Below are positions 21,343-32,686 of a DNA stretch of 64,000 bases, piece by piece. The DNA lies in contig CAWFXL010000001.1 of the NCBI GenBank assembly GCA_963819815.1, positions 1,152,001-1,216,000 on the forward strand, given 5' to 3'. The notes beneath the pieces are model-generated. The model saw only the letters and a program-made list of their open reading frames with translations. It searched no databases and was not told the DNA's origin. This DNA is from an uncultured bacterium. Its GTDB lineage: Bacteria > Babelota > Babeliae > Babelales > Babelaceae. Made by a program: the position numbers and the translations under genes. Positions within the stretch are counted from its first letter, which is position 1. Each line of letters starts with the position of its first letter.

Positions 21343-22735
21343 TTATTCGCGGAACTTCGCGGCCGCTTCTTTGTAAAGCTCCTTTATTCTCATGCTTTCT
21401 GTTGCATGATCGACCATCGGCAAGGGATACCCATTGATGGAACTCTTCTGGTTATACCACGTGTGTATAATCTTCGGATCACACTGCATAAGTTCAGGAA
21501 TCCATCTTTTAATATAGGTACATTCAGGGTCGAACTTTTTCTGTTGCAACCAAGGGTTGAAAATTCTAAAAAAGGGCTGTGCATCACATCCGGTAGAAGC
21601 TACCCATTGCCAGTTTCCATTGTTCACGCACGGGTCATAGTCTTCAAGTTGTTGCGCAAAATATTTTTCTCCCCATTGCCATGAGATGTGTAGATCTTTG
21701 GTACAGAAACGAACCTACAATAAGCCGAGCTCGGTTGTGCATATAGCCAGTTGCATTTAATTGTCTCATACCTGCGTCAACAACAGGAAAGCCTGTCGAG
21801 CCTGTGCACCATCTTTCAAAATCCTTTTTGTTAGTGCTCCAGGGTACCTGTTCGAATTTTTTCTGAAAGGCATGACCAAAGACCTTAGGATTAAAGTAAG
21901 CAACATGGGTAAAAAAATCGCGCCAATAGAGTTGACGCAAGAGCCCTGAACTTCTGCCTACAGCTCCGACTACTGCATGGTACAATTCACGAATTGAGAT
22001 GGTGCCAAATTTATTGTGAGCAGAAAGCTTAGTTGTGTGTAAGGAAAGAACATCATGGGTGATCGCATAATTTTTGATATCTTTCAGATGCGTGATGATC
22101 TTTTGTGCTTCAGTACGACCACCATGAGTGTACAAGGCTGTTTGAGAGGGAACAAGACTATCAAGAAATGCATGAGGGACGAAAGACGAAGTAAGTTTTG
22201 TTATGTAGTGAGCATGTTGATTATATTGGGGCAGTGCAATAGGTAACAGTCGGTTCTTGTTAAAGAATGGCGTAAACTTTTGATAGGGAGTACCTTGCGC
22301 GCTGAGACCATCTTCCGGCTCGATTAAAAGACTATCCGGGCTCGTTATAAAAGCAACGTTGTTCTTGTTGCAGATCTTTTCAATGAGCTCATCCCTAACT
22401 TTGCTATAGGGCGTATAATCGCGGTTTACAAATACTGCATTAATTTTTTCAGCACGTATCAGACCCTCAACTATAGTATGAGGAGGTCCATGAAAGAGAA
22501 ATAGGTGAGCTCCCTTTTTTTCAAACTCTTGAGCAAGATCTTTTAATGACTCCACCATGAATTGAATGGCATGCATGCTCCTAAACATATTATCCGAACC
22601 AATTTGGTCATCAGTGAATATAAAGCAGGGAATAACGCGTTCTGATAACTCAAGTGCGTTGTGTAGTCCAGTATTATCTTCAATGCGTAGGTCCCGTCTG
22701 AAAATAAAGAGACTTGTAGAATAGCGTTTAGTCAT
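21343..22735 (-). pseudogene. phrB: deoxyribodipyrimidine photolyase, one frameshift near 21703 (likely sequencing error)
   Basis: FRRDLRIEDN, RQLYWRDF, TGFPVVDAGMRQL, HNRARL then +1 shift to KDLHISW..NNGNWQW..FRIFNP. Confidence 0.88.
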
Positions 22736-22939
22736 ATGATGCCGTGGTGGTTCGGTTGCTTGTCTAAGTGTGCAGAGTATAGACTAATCGGATGAAATGA
22801 AAAGAGATGAGAGACATCTCTTGTTTGTAGTCGATCATTTTTCCCTTCAGATCACGATATGCTCCCTGATCCCTCGAGGAACTTTATCAGCTAGCTTCGA
22901 CTCTGTTGTTGCCCTTGAGGAACATGCTATACTAACTCC

Positions 22940-24172
22940 ATGAAGATAGCACAGATATATTATCTGGTACTGACTCTTATAACCCTTCCTGCAAGATGTC
23001 CTGCTCAGAAACAGGCACTGGTAAAAGTGCCCGTTGCTGATGCATGCGGTCTTCAGATGGGTAGTTGTACAAAGCAAATCACTGATTATTATGCAACTCT
23101 TCCCTATGCACCTGATTCGGGATCATATGGATGTTTAAGAATTCACCAATTATTGTTTAATGAACTAGTTACTATCACTAAGGAATATCCTGGAGGTGAA
23201 GTTGGGGTAGAAGTTTCAGGATTCTTTTTTCTTGATGGACTCCATAGAAAGCGTCATGATTTTTGGATGCTGAAGAAAGATCTTGTGCTCGTTAACAGCG
23301 TACCGCAGAGGTTACGAAAATATATCCCACCACCAGTAGATTACGAAAAACCGATCGAAGAATTCTCAAAGAATGTGCTGGTATTGTCCGCTCCCTGGTT
23401 TGATGAAAAAACGAACCAGATCTATTCTGTGGGAACGCGATTTCTGCGCCAGCTAGAAAAAGATACCGAGACTGAGTATGCAGTGTCCTTAGTAAGTTTG
23501 GAAAAGAAAGCAGCAATCTCAGCATTGGTTCCTAAGGAAAAGGCTCTCGTATATGCACCTAAATCTTTTGATGCGTCTTTGCAAACGTTTTTATCTCTCA
23601 TTCGGAGTTGGGCTCACCAGAAGGGTGGTTTTATTCCTTATGTTTATGGTGGTTGTAGTTTTAGGGAACTGCTTCACGATATAAGTTATAGTAAAATATC
23701 TGGAACGAAGTGTCATTCGAAAGCAAGCTATTGGGATCGACCGGCAGTGAGCAGTATAGTGCCCCATTCTGGGTTTGACTGCTCCAATATGATTCTGCGT
23801 GCAGCACAGATGTCCTTTATGCCCTATTATTTTAAAAATACCTTAACGCTGATTAAGTATCTTAGGCCGCTAAAGCTGGGTGAGAAATTGGAAGAGGGTG
23901 ATCTTGTATGGTATTCAGGGCATGTTATGATTGTGAGTAACGTCGAAAAAAATCTCCTGATTGAAGCAATAGGATACGATTCAGGCTATGGACGGGTTCA
24001 TGAGCTGTCTGTACGCCAGGCGTTTCACGGTATGAAAAACTTCGAACAATTAATTCATGCTCATCATGCGCGTCAGTTTATGTACCGTCTTAATAGCTCT
24101 GGCGGGTTATGGCGTTCTGTGTACCGTCTGAGACTTTTTAAGCTGCGGAGCATCTTAGAAATTACGTATTAA
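22940..24172 (+). CDS. NlpC/P60 family peptidase, secreted
   Basis: PYVYGG, GFDCS, GDLVWYSGHVMI; signal peptide. Confidence 0.85.
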   Translation: MKIAQIYYLVLTLITLPARCPAQKQALVKVPVADACGLQMGSCTKQITDYYATLPYAPDSGSYGCLRIHQLLFNELVTITKEYPGGEVGVEVSGFFFLDGLHRKRHDFWMLKKDLVLVNSVPQRLRKYIPPPVDYEKPIEEFSKNVLVLSAPWFDEKTNQIYSVGTRFLRQLEKDTETEYAVSLVSLEKKAAISALVPKEKALVYAPKSFDASLQTFLSLIRSWAHQKGGFIPYVYGGCSFRELLHDISYSKISGTKCHSKASYWDRPAVSSIVPHSGFDCSNMILRAAQMSFMPYYFKNTLTLIKYLRPLKLGEKLEEGDLVWYSGHVMIVSNVEKNLLIEAIGYDSGYGRVHELSVRQAFHGMKNFEQLIHAHHARQFMYRLNSSGGLWRSVYRLRLFKLRSILEITY

Positions 24173-24211
24173 ACGTACACATTATTAATGCAGTAACGAG
24201 TTACTCTTTAG

Positions 24212-24415
24212 TTATTGGGTAATAATACACATCGATTTCTGTAATGATTCTATATGTTTTTCTAAATCCAGACGGATTGCTGTTAAAGCTTTAACACATT
24301 CTTTATCACCAGCCTCTTGAGCATCCTTGAGTGCATGTTTGTCAATAAACCAGCAAAGCTTACTTAATGTGCTCAGCATCTTAACTTTATTGTATGTTGA
24401 ATTATCAAGCATCAT
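24212..24415 (-). CDS. small conserved hypothetical protein (helical, ferritin-like fragment)
   Basis: GGAAGGG SD; LDN.TYN..K.L...S...W.I..H...DA...G..EC amphipathic pattern. Confidence 0.65.
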   Translation of the reverse strand: MMLDNSTYNKVKMLSTLSKLCWFIDKHALKDAQEAGDKECVKALTAIRLDLEKHIESLQKSMCIITQ

Positions 24416-24495
24416 AACGAAACCCTTCCTTTTCTATGGTAACTTGTTCTAAGGTTAGTGTGATAAAGAAAACTTCTTAACGTCAAGAGTTTGTC

Positions 24496-25743
24496 ATGAA
24501 GATTGCACAGGTGACTGCTCGGGAGCTGTACGATTCACAAGGATGGCCCACGGTGCAGTGTGAGATTATCTTAGACACGGGCGAGTTTGTAACGGCCATG
24601 GTCCCTAGAGGAACTTCGGTTGGCCTTTATGAAGCCAAAGAGATGCGTGACCAAGAATCGCGCATGGACGGTAAGGGCATGCATAAAGCCGTAGAGATTA
24701 TCGAAAGTGTTATAGCACCTCTTCTTATTGGTGAAGAGCCACGTGCGCTGGAGCTTGACCTCAAAATGATAGAACTTGATGGTACCTCCGATAAGTCTCG
24801 TCTTGGTGCTAATACGATGCTTGCCGTCAGTCAGGCTCTCTACCGAGCGGAAGCATTATGGCACGATATTGAACTCTTTGAATTGTTTGCTGCACTCTAT
24901 AATGTAGATACTGTTACGATGCCAATCCCAATGCTTAATGTTATTAATGGTGGGGCTCATGCATCAAATAACTTAGCGATACAAGAGTTTCTCATAGTCC
25001 CTGTTGGTGCTCCGACATTTAGAGCAGGATTGGAGCTCGGCATTACGGTCTACCATGAACTTGGCAAAGTACTTAGGGGCCTTGGTAAATCAACAGCGGT
25101 AGGGCTTGAAGGAGGATATGCTTCTTCATTTGCCAACGAGTATGAGGCACTTGATATTCTCAGTGAGGTTGTTGAGCGTATCAATACTCAATATACTTCA
25201 AGTTGTATGATAGCACTTGATATGGCTGCATCTCAATGGACGGTGGAGGAAGGGCTCTATCTTTGGCATCAGAATGTATACACCACTGACGAGATGATTG
25301 CGCTTTATAAAGACTTGGTCAATCGCTACCCATTGTACTCGATCGAAGATCCGTTAGGGCAAGATGATTGGAGCGGCTGGCAGGAGCTTTCTAAAGAGCT
25401 TGCAAATAGGGTACAGTTGGTGGGTGACGATATTTTTGCAACAAATGTGCAACGCATTGTCCGAGGAATTCAGGAGAAGACAGCAAATGCAGCTATTATT
25501 AAGCCTAACCAGATAGGGACGGTTACCGAGGCACTGCAGGCAATTATGTTTTGTAGAGACCATCAAATAAATACCATAGTGTCTCACCGCTCTTCAGAGA
25601 CGGAAGATACCTTTATTGCAGATCTTGTTGTTGGCACGAGTGCTGGTCAATTCAAAGCGGGTGCACCCTGTAGGTCTGAGCGTATGGCTAAATATAATAG
25701 ATTGTTAGTGATCGAAGATACCCTTACCTTTTTGGTGGAGTGA
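24496..25743 (+). CDS. eno: enolase (divergent)
   Basis: LDGT.DKSRLGAN, NVINGGAH, QEF, SIEDP, VGDD, IKPNQIG, SHRS.ETED, RSER.AKYN. Confidence 0.93.
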   Translation: MKIAQVTARELYDSQGWPTVQCEIILDTGEFVTAMVPRGTSVGLYEAKEMRDQESRMDGKGMHKAVEIIESVIAPLLIGEEPRALELDLKMIELDGTSDKSRLGANTMLAVSQALYRAEALWHDIELFELFAALYNVDTVTMPIPMLNVINGGAHASNNLAIQEFLIVPVGAPTFRAGLELGITVYHELGKVLRGLGKSTAVGLEGGYASSFANEYEALDILSEVVERINTQYTSSCMIALDMAASQWTVEEGLYLWHQNVYTTDEMIALYKDLVNRYPLYSIEDPLGQDDWSGWQELSKELANRVQLVGDDIFATNVQRIVRGIQEKTANAAIIKPNQIGTVTEALQAIMFCRDHQINTIVSHRSSETEDTFIADLVVGTSAGQFKAGAPCRSERMAKYNRLLVIEDTLTFLVE

Positions 25744-25752
25744 GCATCTGTC

Positions 25753-28119
25753 TTATGCGCTTTGCGCAGCTGGTCTTTGCACGATCGGTTTTATTCCGAT
25801 CGGTGCTTGCTTAGAGACAAGAACTCGCTTCAGTTTATGGGGATCATAAAGAGGGATAGGAGGTTCTTTTTTCTGTCCTTGTAAGATTTTAAGGCCACAG
25901 AGGGAAGTGTCGGTATTCGTTCCTGCGGCAAGAAATCGATCAATTGTTTTTTGTTCGCTTTCATCTTTAAGAAAGAGTCGATAAATCGGATCGCGTGGTA
26001 CCAAGGGTGTTTGATCTCTCGTAACAAAGTTTTTATGGTCGCACAGGTATTCGTTCGTTTTATTCGTCCAACGAGATCTGGGCTCTAAGATGGTTGGCAT
26101 AACAAAAACGGTAAGATTTGTGGTGATCGTTTCTGCTTGGGTACCTCTAAAAAATGCACCAAAGATCGGTACATGTCCTAAGATGGGAGTGTAGCTACCA
26201 AAATCAAGATTATCGACACGAAGAAGGCCACCCATCACAAGAATCTCTCCCGAGTTGAGTGTGGCTGTGGTTGTTAGTTCCTGTGTACGCCGAGTTAAAT
26301 TAGTCGTGTTGGTGTACCTATCATCTTTAAATCCTACAACTATTCTAAGACGGGTATCTGAAATAACGTGAGGAACCACATTGACGGAAAACGTTGCTGG
26401 TAAGTCGACTATAGGAATCGTGGCAGTACCATTGGTGGTGATAACAAGATCACCTGTCGTACGAATCATAGTGCTTGAATCAAGCAATCCCTCCATGTGA
26501 TTCTTGACGGTCACATAGGGATACGAATTTATTCTTGCAGATACTACCGTATTAAGAATTTCAAGGAGTCCAAATATACCTGGGGTCTTAGGATCGTTAA
26601 GAGATATCAACATAGATCCTGAGGCAATTTGGCTTGGAACATTGCCAGGCCCAATAACCTGTAGAAGGTCGCTTGCAAGCTGGGTAGGTGGTATTCCCAG
26701 TACCGAGACTACGGGAGTAATATGGGATGCTAAGTATTGCACCCCATGAGGAAGTATTGAAGAATCTGTTTTACTTCTGATGGTGCCTGAAACATTGGTT
26801 GTTTGGTCATAGGCAAACTCGACGACAAGGACTTCTAAGAGGACCTGCGGTTGAGGAGTGTCGAGCTGCTCTATAAGCTTTTTAATGATGTGCCAATCTT
26901 TCTGGCGTGCTGCAATGAGGAGTCGGTTGCCTGCATTAGTGGCTATAAAGTCTAATTTTTGTACCTCCTCAAATCCTTTTTGCTCAATGGCAATATCTTC
27001 TGTTTGGAGGGCTGGTTTGACAAGAGTTGACTCGAGAGCAGCGATTGCCACACCCTGAAATAGGGGCGGTTTTTCACTTTCAGCAGTAGCTTGCTCTCCT
27101 GTAGGGAGTGCTGCGGCAACGATACGGTTAAGTATAGGAGCCGTTTTGACACTATCAAGATAGTTAAGGTCATAATAATGGAGAATAGATTCTCCAGCAT
27201 CTTCTTGGAGATCAAGGCTATCTTGTATAAAATCGATGATCCTATCTATATTTGCTTTACGGCCCATGAGTATGACGCCATTTCTTGCGGGATCTGCGAC
27301 CATTTTGGTATCTTCGGTGATAAAATTAAGGCCATCAGCTTTAGGACCTTTTCGAATAAAAGTTCGTATCGTATCAGTTCCTGCTGCCATCTTAAGAGAT
27401 TCAAAGACGTTCACGACCTCTTGTGCAGGAAGGTACTTGAGAGGCACATAGGCTACATGTTCTTTCATTCCTTGATTGTCGAACTCTTTGAGTAGCTGTC
27501 CGATAGATGCGGCATGCGAAGCTTTGTCGATGATAATGATGGCATTACTTCTTGGATCAAACATGAGTGAGGCATTGTAGGTGAGGAGCTGTTTCAACAT
27601 CATAGACAAAGGATGAGAATCTTTTTCTGCAACCTCGGGAACCTTTAAATTTTTAAGATAATGAATGTAGATGATGCGCCCATCATCATGCGGCAACTCC
27701 TCAGGAAGAACTCCTGCATAGACAGGTAAGGGTTCCCGGTTAATAGCTCCACCGTCGACACTTGCATTACGCACAATAGTAAAGTTTTGCTCTTGCTTAA
27801 ATAGGCTAAAGCCTGATAATTCTAAGAACGTCTTTAAAAGGTTCCATGCAGCATCTTGCGAACTCTCTTTTTCTTGTGGTAGATAGGTGATCTGTTGTTG
27901 TTTGAGCATCTCAAGATCAGCAGCTCTTTGCGGGAACAGAAGATTTGATCCTGACGGGGCCATTTTTTCAAGAAGGTCTATCAGCGATTTCTTTTTAAAA
28001 GAAAAGGGCACTTTCCTATCCGGCTCATGAGAATGCTCATTAGACGACTCTGCATGGAGCATCATGCCTACACTGAGCATGGTCCCCATGACCCAAACAT
28101 GATTCCATCGTACATTCAT
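25753..28119 (-). CDS. secretin (GspD-like), paralog 3
   Basis: Signal peptide, N-domain repeats (DPRSNAIII, DPARNGVIL), LDTPQPQVLLEV, GEILVMGGL, TPILGHVPIFGAFF. Confidence 0.88.
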   Translation of the reverse strand: MNVRWNHVWVMGTMLSVGMMLHAESSNEHSHEPDRKVPFSFKKKSLIDLLEKMAPSGSNLLFPQRAADLEMLKQQQITYLPQEKESSQDAAWNLLKTFLELSGFSLFKQEQNFTIVRNASVDGGAINREPLPVYAGVLPEELPHDDGRIIYIHYLKNLKVPEVAEKDSHPLSMMLKQLLTYNASLMFDPRSNAIIIIDKASHAASIGQLLKEFDNQGMKEHVAYVPLKYLPAQEVVNVFESLKMAAGTDTIRTFIRKGPKADGLNFITEDTKMVADPARNGVILMGRKANIDRIIDFIQDSLDLQEDAGESILHYYDLNYLDSVKTAPILNRIVAAALPTGEQATAESEKPPLFQGVAIAALESTLVKPALQTEDIAIEQKGFEEVQKLDFIATNAGNRLLIAARQKDWHIIKKLIEQLDTPQPQVLLEVLVVEFAYDQTTNVSGTIRSKTDSSILPHGVQYLASHITPVVSVLGIPPTQLASDLLQVIGPGNVPSQIASGSMLISLNDPKTPGIFGLLEILNTVVSARINSYPYVTVKNHMEGLLDSSTMIRTTGDLVITTNGTATIPIVDLPATFSVNVVPHVISDTRLRIVVGFKDDRYTNTTNLTRRTQELTTTATLNSGEILVMGGLLRVDNLDFGSYTPILGHVPIFGAFFRGTQAETITTNLTVFVMPTILEPRSRWTNKTNEYLCDHKNFVTRDQTPLVPRDPIYRLFLKDESEQKTIDRFLAAGTNTDTSLCGLKILQGQKKEPPIPLYDPHKLKRVLVSKQAPIGIKPIVQRPAAQSA

Positions 28120-28130
28120 GGCTATCGTCC

Positions 28131-30578
28131 TTAAGCAACTAACTCAGCAACTTCGCCGGGAGTAGCCTTTTTTGTTATAGGGGGCTCCGGACGTTTTGTT
28201 GGTCTACGTGCTTCCCTGCGACGCTGTCTTGAACCTTTTATATATTCTGCATCAGGTGGGTTGCTTACCTGGCTCAAGTATTTTGGTAGAACTTGTTCTG
28301 CTGGATTTGTACCTTTAAAGAAGAGCCGAGTAATCGGATCTTTTGATTCACCAAAAATTGCGAAGTCATCAATGTCACGCTGACCTTTGCGAATTTTATC
28401 TGCAGTATACACATCAAGGCCACCACGCAGTTTTGGATGAACGATCGTAGGGCAGATAAAAATGGCGATATTAGTCGTTGTTGGCATACGGCTTTTACTA
28501 CTAAAGAATGAACCTATTATAGGAATTCGCGACAAAATAGGGGTACCCGTAACGATGTCATTTTGTGTCGTGCTTGCAAGCCCTCCAATTACCAGGACCT
28601 GTCCACTTTCTAAATTGGTATTGGTATTTACCCGTCGTGTAAGACGCGTATTAGAGTTAGCATCAACAAAGGTATTGATATCTACAGCGACTTGGAGACT
28701 AAGCCGCTGTAGGGAGCTTAAACGTGGTATCATCTGCACCTGCAGTGTTGCCGGAAGATCGACAATTTCAACAGTAATTACCCCTGCAGCTCCTGGAATT
28801 GCGTTACCTACAACGCGGCGGAGCTCCTGGTTTGTGAGTGTTGCTTTCTGATTATTTGTCGTTATCAGGTACGGGTGTGAAAGAATTTTGCTATATAGTG
28901 CCGTATCTAAGATTTGTAAGAGACCAAATATACCTGGAGTTGAAGGATCATTAATTGAAACAATCGTTGACCCTGGAGCAAGCAATGAAGTGAGTGAAGG
29001 ATTGCTGGCATTGGCACCGGTAATTATTCCCAGTAAATCTACATCAAGCTGTGGCGGAGTTGCCCCAAGTACGTTATTGACGGCTGTTATGTTTGAGGAA
29101 AGAAGTTGAAATCCATTAGATGGAAGATTCGTTGCGGTCTTATTACGGGTGGTTCCTGCAATAAGTTTTTGTCGCGTGCCGGTGACATCTGCGATAACTA
29201 CCTCAAGAATAACATAGGGCTGTGGCTTATCAACTGCTTCTATGAGATCCTTAAGCCTCACCCAATCATCTTGTAATGCTGCAACAATTAGCCTGTTGCC
29301 TCCAGTAAAGATTTTTTGAGAGCCAAGGCCTGTAGGGAGGAAGCCTCCAGTTGCTTCAAGTGTAATTTCCTCTGTGGTCGTTTTTATATCAACCTCTTTT
29401 ACTTCTTCAGCTGCGATGACGACGCCTTGGAAATACCGTTCTGGGCCTGCCGGTTGTCCTGCTGTTGCTTGAGTTCCTGTAGGTGGGAGTGGAGAAACAA
29501 CTTGATTTAACACTGTTGCAAATTGAGTGGCATCGAGGTACTGAAGGTCATAGGAGTGGAGGACCGACTTACCACTATCAGGTGCTGTATCCATATAGGT
29601 TGATACAAAATCAGCAATTCGCTCCACCGATGATTGGCGGCCCATGAGGATAATATTGTTTTGTCGTGGATCTGCTACAAGAACGGTATGTTCTGCAAAG
29701 CTTGATAAGGATTCTGTACGGGAATCATGCCGTATAGAAGGTCCAGATCCGTCACCTCCAGCGGCTGCACGGAGAGACTCAAATATTTTTACGACATCTT
29801 GGGCCGGTGTGTTATTCAGATGAACGACCTGAATAGTTTCATGGAACCCGCTATGGTCAAGTTCATCGATGATACGCATAACTGAGGCTATCGTGTTTGC
29901 TTTATCCGTAATAATTATAGCATTTGTTTTTTGTTCAAACACAACGGGAGCACCGGGAGTAAGCATGTCTTTAAGGATGCGCGCAATGGCGTTGGTATCC
30001 TTGTCCTTTTCATCAGGTACGCGCAGATTTCTTAGATAATAGATGTACCGTATATATTCTTGGCTATCGGGAAGCTTATCCGGTTTCACATTTGCAAAGA
30101 TAGGTAAAACTGAACGGCTGATACCCGGCTCTAGAGGTTTGCCAACGCGCTCGATGGAATATAAGAAGGGCTTCTTTGGACTTATTGCAAAGCCAGAGAG
30201 CTCGAGAAAAGTACTGAGGAGCTGCCAGGCCTCTTCAATCGGGATTTCCATACGCCCTTGTGGTCGGTAGGTGATCGTTTGCGCCTTCAGTATTTCAAGG
30301 TCTGCTGCATTTTGGGGCAGAATAATATTGGCCTCCTTTTTAAGAGCCAATTCGCCGATAATATCGACTAAACTTTTCTTTTCAAATGAAAAATTGATGA
30401 ACCCTTTTTGGGGTTCTTTCTTTTGAACAAAATCGAAGGGTTCATCTTTTAGCGGTACATCTTGAAGTAGAGAATTTGGGGTGGGTGTATCATCTTTTGC
30501 ATAAGCGGCAAAAGATAAAGCAACCCCTACAAGGAGCATAGAAAGAACCCGACGAGAAAAGAATTGCAGGTCGATCAT
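28131..30578 (-). CDS. secretin (GspD-like), paralog 2
   Basis: Signal peptide, TNAIII/DPRQNNIIL N-domains, DKPQPYVILEV, GQVLVIGGL, TPILSRIPIIGSFF. Confidence 0.9.
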   Translation of the reverse strand: MIDLQFFSRRVLSMLLVGVALSFAAYAKDDTPTPNSLLQDVPLKDEPFDFVQKKEPQKGFINFSFEKKSLVDIIGELALKKEANIILPQNAADLEILKAQTITYRPQGRMEIPIEEAWQLLSTFLELSGFAISPKKPFLYSIERVGKPLEPGISRSVLPIFANVKPDKLPDSQEYIRYIYYLRNLRVPDEKDKDTNAIARILKDMLTPGAPVVFEQKTNAIIITDKANTIASVMRIIDELDHSGFHETIQVVHLNNTPAQDVVKIFESLRAAAGGDGSGPSIRHDSRTESLSSFAEHTVLVADPRQNNIILMGRQSSVERIADFVSTYMDTAPDSGKSVLHSYDLQYLDATQFATVLNQVVSPLPPTGTQATAGQPAGPERYFQGVVIAAEEVKEVDIKTTTEEITLEATGGFLPTGLGSQKIFTGGNRLIVAALQDDWVRLKDLIEAVDKPQPYVILEVVIADVTGTRQKLIAGTTRNKTATNLPSNGFQLLSSNITAVNNVLGATPPQLDVDLLGIITGANASNPSLTSLLAPGSTIVSINDPSTPGIFGLLQILDTALYSKILSHPYLITTNNQKATLTNQELRRVVGNAIPGAAGVITVEIVDLPATLQVQMIPRLSSLQRLSLQVAVDINTFVDANSNTRLTRRVNTNTNLESGQVLVIGGLASTTQNDIVTGTPILSRIPIIGSFFSSKSRMPTTTNIAIFICPTIVHPKLRGGLDVYTADKIRKGQRDIDDFAIFGESKDPITRLFFKGTNPAEQVLPKYLSQVSNPPDAEYIKGSRQRRREARRPTKRPEPPITKKATPGEVAELVA

Positions 30579-30594
30579 AATGATCCTAACATCG

Positions 30595-31140
30595 TTATTC
30601 AAGCTCCAATGTTGCCACGGTTATATCTATATCTACAGTCTGACGACCGGGTGTTCTTTTAATAGTAACCTCTTTTGTATAGAGCTGAGGAATCTCTGCT
30701 ATACCCACAAGAAAGTCGGTTACTTCCTTCATGGTAAGCCCCTTCAAATGTGAGGTTATCTGTACTTCTGTTTTCCCGCTAATTGATTCACCTGTTGTGG
30801 GAGATGAGGTATCAACGAGTTTTGGAGCCATTCCAACATTGCGCACAACAGATTGGTACGCTTCACCAATTCTGAAGTCCTTATCTTTTGAGAGAATTTC
30901 TTCAACTTGCTGTTGTTGTGCTTTTACCAGTTTCGCATCTCGAAGAATTTGAGAGGTCTGTTTGCGCATAGCATCAAGCTGTTTCAGTTGGCCCGTATAC
31001 CAATTTACTCGCCTATAATGCATGAAGATAAGAAGACCAAAGACCAGGCAAAATACTCCTGCAAAAATGCCAAGATATTTAGCAAGCTCTTTCGGTTCAG
31101 AATATTTAACGACATCCCGTAGCGAATCAAGCATGTTCAT
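30595..31140 (-). CDS. GspM/PilO-like inner-membrane platform protein
   Basis: Single TM, coiled coil, ferredoxin-like C-terminus (LKGLTMKEVTDFL); position after GspL-like gene. Confidence 0.65.
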   Translation of the reverse strand: MNMLDSLRDVVKYSEPKELAKYLGIFAGVFCLVFGLLIFMHYRRVNWYTGQLKQLDAMRKQTSQILRDAKLVKAQQQQVEEILSKDKDFRIGEAYQSVVRNVGMAPKLVDTSSPTTGESISGKTEVQITSHLKGLTMKEVTDFLVGIAEIPQLYTKEVTIKRTPGRQTVDIDITVATLELE

Positions 31141-32686
31141 TGATAGCCTCCGGATTAATAACGAGTGTTATAGGCTCAGATTTAAAGTTGAAGGCCTGCA
31201 ATTTCTGGACCTTTTTAAAGATTGGGCATTCAAGCTGGTCCTGCAAGCGGGTGAGCTGTTGATACCCAGGAACACTTCCATATATCTTAATAGTGTCGTC
31301 TTTTATAATAAGTGTATCAAGTTGAAGTTGAGACTCTTTCATATTAATGCATTTGGTGAGTTCGGCCAGATAAGTTACGTATGCATATCTATTTTCTGCA
31401 GAGATACGTTTCCAAGCCGATTCTTGCTTGCGAAGTTCTGCTTGTGCCGCTTTGTTTGCAATATCGAGTCGCTGCGTTTGAGTTGCTCGCAATTTGAACT
31501 GTCTTTTAAGTTCATCGATAGCTTCCAATTCTGATGCTTTATAACTCTTCTTTAAGGCGCGAGTTCTTAAAAAGCTATAGCCCATAAAAGTTGCTAACAG
31601 GGTTATGGCAAGGGCTCCAATAGTGTATAGTTGATAGGTAACCTGCTTGTTCTCTTTCTCCAGCTCTTTTTCTTGAAGTAGGTTAAATGACTCAGTTTTT
31701 TCAGAAGCACAACCAGCAGCTATGCTTGGCATATAGACTCCTGATATAGTAGGAATTTTACTTGAGACTACCTGCTCCTGAATCAGCTTTTTGGGGTCAA
31801 GCAGCTCTGTGGGGCATGCCAAACTGCGGGTTGCATGCTCTTTAACTCCCTGATCTTGTATGTCGGTAACCGCTCCTGTAAGAACTATTTTTGAAAGTGA
31901 CGATCCTGGAGCAACTTTTTGAAGAGCGATATCAGTGGTAAGTTTTATCTCATCAAAAAGTGAGCTTACCTGTTCTTGCATCTGCTTATCAAAAACATTT
32001 TCTTGGTGGTTTGCTTTGGGAATATGAACACCTTTTTGAAGTGTTCTCACAAATTTAAGTTGCCCATTAGTTATGAGACCTATCGTAGTCTCAAAAGTTC
32101 CCATCTCGACCAAGGCTATGGTTGCATTGCCTTGTCCGGGAATTGTTTCATAAAGACTATAGAGCTCTAGAATCCCCACAGAAAGCTTATTAAGAGGAAG
32201 CTCAGCATCTTCAAAATATTTTTCAAAACGGGCTATGCTATCTCGCTTCATCGCAGTTACAAGCACATTGGTCTTTTGCGCTTCTTCATTTGTTCCGATG
32301 ATGATACCATCTACTACCCCGTCAGCAAGATTGAAGGGGAGTTGTGGTTCTACTTCAAAAGGGATCACAATCTTAACTTTTTTAGCTCCAATAAACGGTA
32401 ATGTCAGCTCCTTAAAAATCGCATACGAACTTGGAATTATCCCATAGATTTCATGATAGGATCCAAGTTTCATTTTGAGATTCTTGAGCGCTACAACCAC
32501 CTGCTCATCAAAGCGCTCTGCACCATGGAATCGTTCAGTAAGTACGCTCTCTATAGTGCGAGATCTTCCTTTCAGTACAATCACTGTTGCATGGACACTC
32601 TGTTTTGTAATCTCGATACTTACAATTCTATGAGCTAAGGGGTAATAAGAGCCTATGCGCTTTGGCAAAAACAATGAGACAATCAT
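31127..32686 (-). CDS. GspL / PilM-PilN-like protein
   Basis: Actin-like cytoplasmic domain (ELTLPF, IPFEVEPQLPF, LVEMG, IVLTG), TM, periplasmic PilN-like tail. Confidence 0.75.
   Translation of the reverse strand: MIVSLFLPKRIGSYYPLAHRIVSIEITKQSVHATVIVLKGRSRTIESVLTERFHGAERFDEQVVVALKNLKMKLGSYHEIYGIIPSSYAIFKELTLPFIGAKKVKIVIPFEVEPQLPFNLADGVVDGIIIGTNEEAQKTNVLVTAMKRDSIARFEKYFEDAELPLNKLSVGILELYSLYETIPGQGNATIALVEMGTFETTIGLITNGQLKFVRTLQKGVHIPKANHQENVFDKQMQEQVSSLFDEIKLTTDIALQKVAPGSSLSKIVLTGAVTDIQDQGVKEHATRSLACPTELLDPKKLIQEQVVSSKIPTISGVYMPSIAAGCASEKTESFNLLQEKELEKENKQVTYQLYTIGALAITLLATFMGYSFLRTRALKKSYKASELEAIDELKRQFKLRATQTQRLDIANKAAQAELRKQESAWKRISAENRYAYVTYLAELTKCINMKESQLQLDTLIIKDDTIKIYGSVPGYQQLTRLQDQLECPIFKKVQKLQAFNFKSEPITLVINPEAINEHA

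Noticed and set aside
21343..22735. Programmed frameshifting in phrB or the M23 peptidase
   Set aside because: No slippery heptamer or stimulatory structure seen; similar indels in atpD point to sequencing error
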